Source: Octopus vulgaris
Taxonomy: Eukaryota
Reading direction: 5' to 3'
Length of the DNA stretch: 64,000 nt
Assembly: GCA_951406725.2 (NCBI GenBank)
Contig: OX597828.1
Coordinates: forward strand, 34,720,001 to 34,784,000
In this document: piece by piece, positions 54,635 to 64,000 of the stretch
Position numbering within the stretch: position 1 is the stretch's first letter
Layout of the letters: every line of letters starts with the position of its first letter
Notes under the pieces: generated by a model
Told to the model about the DNA's origin: nothing
What the model saw: the letters and a program-made list of their open reading frames with translations, nothing else
Databases searched by the model: none
Program-made: the position numbers and the translations under genes

Positions 54635-55099
54635 TGCACGCGTGCGTATGTATGCATACACACATACACACACTGAGGCACACGTACACACAGACAGCCA
54701 GCAATCGCTGGCTGACCGTCCACACACCATCCAGCCCGCCACATCTCTCCATATTTATTCCCTTCTCTCTGTGATGATGAACGCTGAATCAGAGACATTC
54801 AATTCTATATAAATAAAATAGAATCTATTTAAGTAAAATGACATGTTTGACAACACCGTCAGAGGAAAGCCTTGGCTTCTATGTCTATCATCTTTCTCCG
54901 TTTCCCCATCTCTTTCAAGCTTTCACTTACTCTCTCACGCTTTCCTATTATCCTCTACTGTCTATCTATCTATCTTCCTCTTTTTTTCCCCTTTTTCTTC
55001 TTTTTTCATTTCTCTTTTCTTTTGTTCCTTTCCCTTTCTTTTTTTTTCTTTTATTCTTTTTATTTTTTATTCTTTTTTTCTTTTTTTCTTTTTTTTGTT

Positions 55100-55231
55100 C
55101 CTTTCTTCCCTTTTACGATCCCTCTTGATCGAAAACCTACGCCACCCCCTTTTTTTCATCCCCCCAAAAGAAAAGCTCTACCTTGTAACTTGTCCCATCT
55201 GTGTGCAGCCCTGTGTGGCCAATAAAAAAAA
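55100..55231 (+). mobile_element. Tx1 LINE 3'UTR fragment followed by TATC repeats
   Basis: ACGATCCC..TTGATCG...AAGCTCTACCTTGTA...CAGCCCTGTGTGGCCAATAAA matches 54160-54299. Confidence 0.8.
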
Positions 55232-55301
55232 CTTATCTATCTATGTATGCATATATATATATGTGTATATATATATATATATGTGTGTATATATATATGT
55301 G

Positions 55302-55340
<39 letters not shown>

Positions 55341-55375
55341 GTGTGTATATATATATATATGTGTGTGTATATATA

Positions 55376-55420
<45 letters not shown>

Positions 55421-55502
55421 ATATATATATATATGTGTGTGTGTATATATATATATATATGTGTGTGTGTGTATATATATATATGTGTGTATATATATAT
55501 AT

Positions 55503-55692
55503 ATAACATAAGGGACATTAGCCAACTGAATATGGCTAGGGACAGGGCAGGGTGGTGGGGGTGTCACTGTTGCATTTAGCCCCAGGCGAACATCAACGTC
55601 ACCAGATAGGCCGGGCTAAATGCAACAGTGACACTCCCACCACCCTGCCCTGTCCCTAGCCATATTCAGTTGGCAAATGTCCCTTATGTTAT
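55503..55692. repeat. 80-bp-arm hairpin with a 30-bp loop
   Basis: 55503-55582 versus 55613-55692: one mismatch and one G-T position. Confidence 0.95.
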
Positions 55693-55734
55693 GGAGCAGT
55701 CACTGTCTATATCTCATTTAGAGAATTATTATTG

Positions 55735-55794
<60 letters not shown>

Positions 55795-55869
55795 ACCTCG
55801 TGTGTACCGTTGGCGATTTTTTTCGCTCTGTCTTCCCTTCTCTGGATCTTTCCTTCTCCTATGTTTCCG

Positions 55870-56093
55870 ACAGCTAGCAGAATCGTTCGACCACCGGTCT
55901 AAATGTTCGGCGGCACTTCGTCCTTTTTCGCGTTCTGAGTCCAAATGCCGCCTTTCTTGATTTCGTGACTGTTAAAATAAGTACCAGTTGAGTCCTGGGG
56001 GCGATGTAATGAAGGATCGATGTAATCGAGGGTCGATGTAATCCACTGCTCCCTTTCCTACAAATTTAAGACCTTGTGCCTTCAGCTGAAAGG

Positions 56094-56150
<57 letters not shown>

Positions 56151-57670
56151 AATAATAATAATAATAATAATCCAGCGAGCTGGCAGAATCGTTAGCACGC
56201 TGGACGAAATGCTTAGCGGTATTTCGCCCGTCTATACGTTCTGAGTTCAAATTCTGCTGTGGTCAAATTTGCCTTCCGTCTTTATGGGGTCGATAAATTA
56301 AGTACTAGTCGATGTAATCGACTAGTCCCCCTCCCCGCAAATCTGAGGCCTTTTGCCCCCAGTAGAAAAGATTATTCTTAATGCAGCGAGCTGGCATACC
56401 AGATAAAATGCTTAGCGGTTGTCCTTACGTTCTTAGTTCAAATTCCGCCGAGATCTACTTTGCCTTTCATCCTCTCGGGGCCGATAAAATGAGTACCAGT
56501 GGAGCACTGGGGTAGATGCAATCGATATGGTCCCTTCTACGAAATTGATGGCCCTGTGCCAAAATTTGACGCCAACATTAGATTTGAAACTAAATGGAAA
56601 ATTCAATCTGGAAAGAAGAGTGAAGTATATAGGGTCCGGTGCTACGGATAGAATAGTTAAAAGTTGTCTCATCTGAAATAGATACATCTCAACTCTTAAC
56701 ACAAGCACATACACGCACGCATTCTCGCGCTATCTCTCCCCTTCTCTCTCTCTCTAACACATACACGCTCATGCGCACATGCAAACACGTGTGCCTATAT
56801 GCATTCATACATACCACATAGATTCACACTTGTGGATCTTAAAAATATTTATGGATGTACAAAGGCGGCGAGCTGACAGCTTCGTTAACACGCCGGACAA
56901 ACAACTTAGCAGCATTTCATCCGTTTCCACGCTCTGAGTTCAAATTCCTCCGAGGTTGAGACTTCGTCTTTTGTCTTTTCGGAATCGATATAGAAAATAC
57001 CAGTTTAGTACTGGGATCGCTGTAATCAACTGGTCCCTTCTCTCCATAGTTTTACGCCTTGTGCCCATTGTAGAAAGGAAATTTATTAATATACAAACGG
57101 CGACAATTTGGCGGAGTCATTAGAGCGCCGAAAATAGGAAATGCGTTGCGACATTCGTTCTGGTTGTTTACATTCTGAGTTCAAATCCTGCCCATGACAT
57201 CTTTACATTTTATCCATTCGGGGAGTGGCGCTTCAATAATAATAATAATAATAATAATAATACGGTGGAATGCATGGAGATGATGGATTCACTCCATGTG
57301 TATTATCTGACTTTTATTATCGATTCCGAATAAACTGATTAAAAATACAAAGAGGAGAAGCAAAGATAAGATTTGAACTCGAAACATAGGGATAATGAAC
57401 TGCAACTTCAGTGTTCTAGTAGAATCTGCCTATTGATATTACACACACACATGGCGGCGAACTGGCAGAAACGTTAGCACGCCGGGCGAAATACTTAGCG
57501 GTATTTCGTCTGCCGCTACGTTCTGAGTTCAAATTCCAACGAGGTCGAGTTTGCCTTTCATCCTTTCGGGGTCAATAAATTAATTACCAGTTTCCTTACT
57601 GGGGTCGATCTAATCAACTGCCCCCTCCGCAGAAATTTCAGGCCTTGGTGCCTAGAGAAGAAAAGAATAC
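55870..57670 (+). mobile_element. Cluster of about six family B SINEs, all + strand
   Basis: Repeated heads at about 55870, 56173, 56383, 56863, 57097 and 57453. Confidence 0.75.
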
Positions 57671-57919
57671 TACACATACACGAGCAAAGTTACATATACA
57701 TACATATACATACATATACATACATATACATAAGTACAAGCACGCGCACATAGAAGCACACACGCAACTCATATATACACACACACACACAGATATTCAC
57801 AGACATATGGTAGACTGTGCTTTTTTTTTATCATTTCCTTGTTTATTTAACCTTGTCAATCCATTTTCCACTGATTTTAACGACCGTATTTTTATAATTT
57901 AATTTCACGGACAAGTCTA

Positions 57920-57980
<61 letters not shown>

Positions 57981-58200
57981 AACGTATATTTGGGTCGTCT
58001 GCTTTTGTAGGATCATGAATGAGTTCTTTTCAGTCGTATAGACCTGACATGACAATGACAGACAAAAACCGCATATGTATTTGCACGGACACGTACACAT
58101 ATAAACGCACGGCGTGTGGCTAATTGTTTTATGCTCACAAAACAGAATCCATCATACATTGCAAATCATGCACACACACACACACACACATACACATACA

Positions 58201-58486
58201 CATGGCTCAGTGGTTAGAGCGTCGAGCTTACGATCGTGAGGTTGTGAGTTCGATTCCCGGACCGGGCTGCGTGTCGTGTTCTTGAGCAAGACACTTTATT
58301 TCACGTTGTTCCAGTTCACCCAGCCGTAGAAATGAGTTGCGCCATCACTGGTGCCAAGCTGTATCGACCCCTTTGCCTTTCCCTTGAATAACATCAGTGG
58401 TGTGGAGAGGGGAGGCTGGTATGCATGAGCGACTGCTGACCTTCCCAAAACAACCTTGCCCGGACTTGTGCCTCTGAGGGTAACTT
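58201..58486 (+). mobile_element. Family C tRNA SINE
   Basis: TGGCTCAGTGGTTAGAGC (A box) and GGTTGTGAGTTCGATTCC (B box). Colinear with 18130-18455. Confidence 0.88.
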
Positions 58487-58530
58487 ATATATATATATCT
58501 GTGAGTGTGTTGTGGGTGTGGGTGTATTAT

Positions 58531-58757
58531 TCGAGCTGACAGAAATGTTAGCACGCCGGGCGAAATGTTTAGCAGTATTTCGTCTGCCGCTACGTTCTGA
58601 GTTCAAATTCCGCCGAGGTCGACTTTGCCTTTCATCCTTTCGGGATCGATTAAATAAGTACCAGTTACGCACTGGGGTCGATATACTCAACTTAATCCGT
58701 TTGTTTGTCCTTGTTTGTCCTCTCTGTGTTTAGCCCCTTGTGGGTAGTAAAGAAATA
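58531..58757 (+). mobile_element. Family B SINE with Tx1-like tail
   Basis: Colinear with 15523-15754. Confidence 0.88.
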
Positions 58758-58839
58758 GAAATATGTATTTTGTTTGTCTTTACGTTGTGAGTTCAAATTC
58801 CACCGAAGTCGACTTTGCCTTTCATCACACAGCCATACC

Positions 58840-58872
<33 letters not shown>

Positions 58873-58890
58873 TCATATATATATATTCAT

Positions 58891-58971
<81 letters not shown>

Positions 58972-59039
58972 CACAACATAGTTTTGCACGCATTTGCATG
59001 ACAGAGTGTGAGGAAAGATGGGGTTAACATTGAAAGCTA

Positions 59040-59687
59040 CTTGTAGGTGATGATCGAATATCTCGTATCTCAATCTACATTATCGATCCCTCAGAACTGA
59101 AGAGTTCCTAGCTTTAAGAGTGTCGCGAAAGGCCTGGCTGGAGATCCAAACTTCCGAGCTTAGAAAAAATTATAGAGGTTAGAAAAACTGAAGGACCGCT
59201 GTGATAAGTGTGTGAATCTCAGAGGGGAATCATCATCATCGTTTAACGTCTGTTTTCTATGCTAGCATGGGTTGGACGGTTCGACCGTGGTGTGGAAAGC
59301 CTGGAGGCTGCACCAGGCTCCAGTCTAATCGGGCAGTGTTTCTACAGCTGGATGTCCTTCCTAATGCCAACCACTCCGTGAGTTTAGTGGGTGCATTTTA
59401 CGTGCCAACGGCACAGGTGCCAGGGGAGGCTTGCAACGGCCACGATTGGCTGGTGCTTTTTACGTGCCACCGGCACGGGTATCGCAACTACAATTTCCAT
59501 TTGATTTTTATTTTGATGTTGATGTACTTGACTCAATAGGTCTCCTCAAGCACAGCAGGCCGTCCTGCGATCCAAGATACTTTGGATGAGCCGGGGCTGC
59601 TATGTGAAGCTTTTTTATAAAATTATAATTAACTGATTCTCCATATTTTCTTTTACCCAAAGCCAGGAACTTTTCAGCACCCCACAT
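59040..59687 (+). mobile_element. mariner 3' fragment interrupted by a retroelement
   Basis: KAWLEIQTSE...LEKLKDRCDKCVNLRGE is a mariner C-terminus ending at 59229. TIR-like CCAGGAACTTTTCAGCACCCC follows the insertion. Confidence 0.7.
59230..59600 (-). mobile_element. RTE-associated SINE/non-autonomous element with (GAT)n tail
   Basis: Minus strand GGTTGGCATTAGGAAGGACATCCAGCTGTAGAAAC...CCGTCCAACCCATGCTAGCAT...CGTTAAACGATGATGATG. Confidence 0.7.
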
Positions 59688-59721
59688 GGATAATATGTCT
59701 GTCTGTCTGTCTGTCTGTCCA

Positions 59722-59770
<49 letters not shown>

Positions 59771-59816
59771 ATGTATGTATGTATATATGTATGTATGTAA
59801 AGTAATGTATGTATAT

Positions 59817-60040
59817 ATTTCTTTATTGCCCACAAGGGGCTAAACATAAAGGGGACAAACAAGGACAGACAAAGGAATTAAGTCGATTACATCGACCCCA
59901 GTGCGAAAATGGTACTTTATTTATCGATCCCGAAAGGATGAAAGGCAAAGTCGACCTCGGCGGAATTTGAACTCAGAACGTAACGGCAGACGAAATACGG
60001 TTAAGCATTTCGCCCGGCATGCTAACGTTTCTGCCAGCTC
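59817..60040 (-). mobile_element. Family B SINE with Tx1-like tail
   Basis: Colinear with 34443-34672. The tail ends GGGCAATAAAGAAAT. Confidence 0.88.
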
Positions 60041-60274
60041 ATGTATAGGAATGTATATCTGTGTCTCTGTGTGTATCCGTGTATGGGAATGTCTGAAGCA
60101 GCAATCCGGTTTCTATTTCAACTTGGAACCGTTTTCTAACGTTGTGACAGATATAGAAATGCCACAACCTAACATTTCATCTGCCTACACCCGGCGCAGC
60201 CTTTTGTTGCTCTGTAAAGTGAAATGTGCCAACACTGACGGCTGCAAGTAGGCGTCGAGCGATTGTTGTGACAT

Positions 60275-60329
<55 letters not shown>

Positions 60330-60381
60330 CATATATATATATTTATATATATATGTGTATATATATATATGTGTGTGTATA

Positions 60382-60442
<61 letters not shown>

Positions 60443-60455
60443 ATGTATATATATA

Positions 60456-60496
<41 letters not shown>

Positions 60497-60686
60497 CGGA
60501 TGCATTTCAGTTTTCGTCTACCAAATCCGCTGAGAGGTCTTTGGACGGCACTTGCCCAATGTGTGACGCTGTGGGACTGAACCGAAGACCACATGGTTGT
60601 GAAGAGATCTTCTTACCACACATCCATATATACACATATATTTATCTTAATCCCCCCCCCCCACAACTGTGATAAGAACTATTTTA

Positions 60687-60745
<59 letters not shown>

Positions 60746-60996
60746 CGACGGGCTCCTTTCAGTTTCCGTTCCGTCTACTAAATCCCCTCAGAAGGCTTTG
60801 GTCGGCCCGGGGCTATAGTAGAAGACACTTACCCAAGGTGCCAGGCAGTGGGATTGAACCCGGGACCATGTGGTTGGTAAGCAAGCTTCTTATCACACAG
60901 TCACGCCTGCGCCTGTCTGTATATATATATGCATTATATATATATTTGCCATTGAACACCCATAAACAGATATTGTGTAAACATAGATATAATGGA

Positions 60997-61122
<126 letters not shown>

Positions 61123-61322
61123 TATAATTGTAAGCTTAGATGAAATTCTTTAAGCTTGTATTCTTTCATTCATACATTCGTCCATTATATTAATCGCTCG
61201 TTCTTTCTTGTATTCGTTCGTTTATTTATTCGCCTATTCTGTCTCTCTTGATCCGGCTTATTCGTCTTTTCATGTTATCCGCCGCCACTCCTTTTTATTT
61301 ATTTATTTATTTATTTATTCAT

Positions 61323-61353
<31 letters not shown>

Positions 61354-61444
61354 TTCATTTGTATATTTTCACTGTTGTTCCTGTTCGTTTTTTCTGCGTT
61401 ATCACTTATTAATGAGGGTCCGAGTGTTAGGGAAAGTGTGTGTG

Positions 61445-61496
<52 letters not shown>

Positions 61497-61704
61497 TGTG
61501 TGTGTGTGTGTGTGTGCGTGTGTTGGTAGTGATGTGTTACAGATACACAACGTTCATATGACAGTGTACTCCAGTTGGCGTCTTATTTCATCATCTGTCG
61601 TTAGGGACCGGCACGCTTGGATATGGATTTGTGCAACGGGTTTTATTTTGGCGTAGATCAGTATCAGTTACAATATTAATAATAATAATAATAATAATAA
61701 TAAC

Positions 61705-61743
<39 letters not shown>

Positions 61744-62175
61744 GACCATCCATATTTGAATGACTACAAGGCAAAAATGTTAGCACACCGGGCGAAATGC
61801 TTAGCGATATTTCGTCTACCGCTACGTTCTGAGTTCAAATTCGACCGTGGTCGACTTTGTCTTTCATCCTCCCATGATTGTTAAATTAAGTACCAGGGGT
61901 TAACGCAATGGAATAGCCTCTTCCAGCGCCTTGTGCCAGCAAATTTGAAGCCAATATTTGTCTGAGACTATTTTATCGACCCCCAGAATGATGAAAATTA
62001 AAGTTGGTATTTTTGTGAATTGAACTCGGAAATTATAGATACGGAACGAATCCTGCAAGTCTCTGATGCTTCCGCCAAACTTTCGTCTCCGTCTCTAACA
62101 GCAAGTGACATAAGTTATTTCTTAACTGTTTAATTCTTTCAGTTCGTCTATGGTTATCTATCTATCTATCTATCA

Positions 62176-62245
<70 letters not shown>

Positions 62246-62643
62246 TTATCTGTCTGTCTATCTGTCTGTCTATCTATCTATCTATCTGTCTGTCTATCTG
62301 TCTGTCTATCTATCTATCTATCTATATGTCTGTCTGTCTGTCTGTTAGTCAGTCAGTCTGTTTTTCTATCGAAGTAGCCACCTATCCATTCATCGGGTTG
62401 TATATCGATAACTATGTGTATCTATGAGTTAATGAAAAAGAAGGAAAATGTAAATACAGCCGTTAATGATGATGATGATGATAATGATGATGATGACGAT
62501 GATATGTCTCTAAAAACACTATTGCAAACTATATGCAGCGGAAGTGGAGGCCGTCATCGAGAATAAGCGTCATTTGTCCCTTGATGAAATGTCGACAAAA
62601 TACAGTTTCAATTTTCCGTAACATAGATACACCACGTGCAACA

Positions 62644-62688
62644 CATTTGCATAACAAATGCATTTGCATAACAAATGCATTTGCATAA
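62644..62688. promoter_or_regulatory. Tandem 17-bp repeat forming three octamers / two Sox-POU-like composite motifs
   Basis: CATTTGCATAACAAATG x2 plus CATTTGCATAA. ATTTGCAT occurs at 62645, 62662 and 62679. Confidence 0.4.
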
Positions 62689-62719
62689 AGCGTGCCACAT
62701 GCACTCAGTGTCTGTAGTG

Positions 62720-62945
62720 CATGTGCTCTAGGCAGGGCCCATATCTGCCAAATCCCCTCTCGCCAGTCCTCGGCCAGGTGTTGACAGGTCTGCTTTGGCT
62801 CCCAGTCGAAACAGGCTCTCAGTGGTTCCTTTGTGAGCATGCGTGACACGTGACCAAGTTGTCGTCCGGGGTTTCATGATGATAATATCCTGTGGGTTAC
62901 TCGGCCCACTCCTTTTCCGCGACTGCTTTATTCGTGATGTGGTCA
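62720..62945 (-). mobile_element. RTE-like LINE C-terminal relic
   Basis: DHITNKAV / KRSG..PQDIII / LGHVSRMLTKEPLRACFDWEP across frameshifts. Confidence 0.6.
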
Positions 62946-63556
62946 CACCTAAAATGGAAAGTAATGTAATCCTTACACAACGCTAAAAAGATGGGAAGGT
63001 CATGGCTAGAATCACTTTGATCATAGGCCAGCACGACCAACGCTGACCTGGAGGATGAACAAAAAATATTAAAGAAAAATCATAAGCGATATTGATTTTT
63101 TTGGTTTTTGATAGTTTCTGATGAGGTCTCAATGAAATCGATCACAGCCCCTCTTCCGCGCGCACACACACACACGATTCTTAATCGAACATTTAAATTA
63201 GAAATATTTGAAAATCAATATTATTGTCATCGAAGCTGACGATAAATTGCTAAAGACAGTCGAACTTTTTTCATTTTCTGAGATCATTTTCGTTCTTTCA
63301 CAAACATCAACTTACGATGTGCCTAAACAATGCGCATCGGTAAGCTTACCTGGGGTCATCAGGTTTATTTAGGATTTCAATAGCCAGATGGATTCACTCC
63401 AGCCACCCAACGGTAGTTGGTCAGTTCCAGTCTTGTGCCAAAATAGTGCTATTCCATCCATTGAGACGATGCGTACTCTCCATTCATCTCGTTCTTGGTT
63501 TACTCAGACGTCTCTTGTCGGTTGACTCAACTTGAAGAATCCGTGAGCACTACATC

Positions 63557-64000
<444 letters not shown>

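Noticed and set aside
58201-58265. tRNA gene (also 18130, 33759, 57453)
   Set aside because: tRNA-like heads continue into multi-copy SINE bodies, with no intact acceptor stem or terminator.
63384-63525. Possible downstream exon of the 45196 gene
   Set aside because: Weak acceptor, no recognisable domain, and no convincing donor.

Overview
Eukaryotic, almost entirely non-coding DNA with a very high density of microsatellites and SINEs. The repeat landscape looks like a coleoid cephalopod, most likely Octopus (recognised by eye, not by database search). Nearly every ORF in the supplied track is a translation of microsatellite. I can support one host-gene element: a + strand first coding exon (45196-45313) with a good ATG context, a signal-peptide-like N-terminus and a phase-1 GT donor, preceded by a promoter/5'UTR-like region, so the rest of the window is probably its first intron. 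Everything else is mobile-element debris: several tRNA-derived SINE families, Tx1-, R4/Dong-, RTE- and CR1/L2-type LINE fragments, hAT, pogo and piggyBac MITEs, mariner/maT and piggyBac transposase relics, and a Helitron end. Four observations stand out. (1) Short elements embedded in (TA)n or (ATT)n carry minimal Penelope-type hammerhead ribozymes, including a family whose core reads GUGAACA (compensatory G3:C8 swap) in two copies. (2) Retroelements appear to partition microsatellites as targets: Tx1 at (TCTA)n and (ATT)n, R4/Dong at (TAA)n and (TACA)n, hammerhead elements mostly at (TA)n. (3) An abundant tRNA SINE shares its 43-nt 3' tail with the Tx1 LINE. (4) There are several long fold-back inverted repeats. 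Element boundaries without TSDs are approximate.
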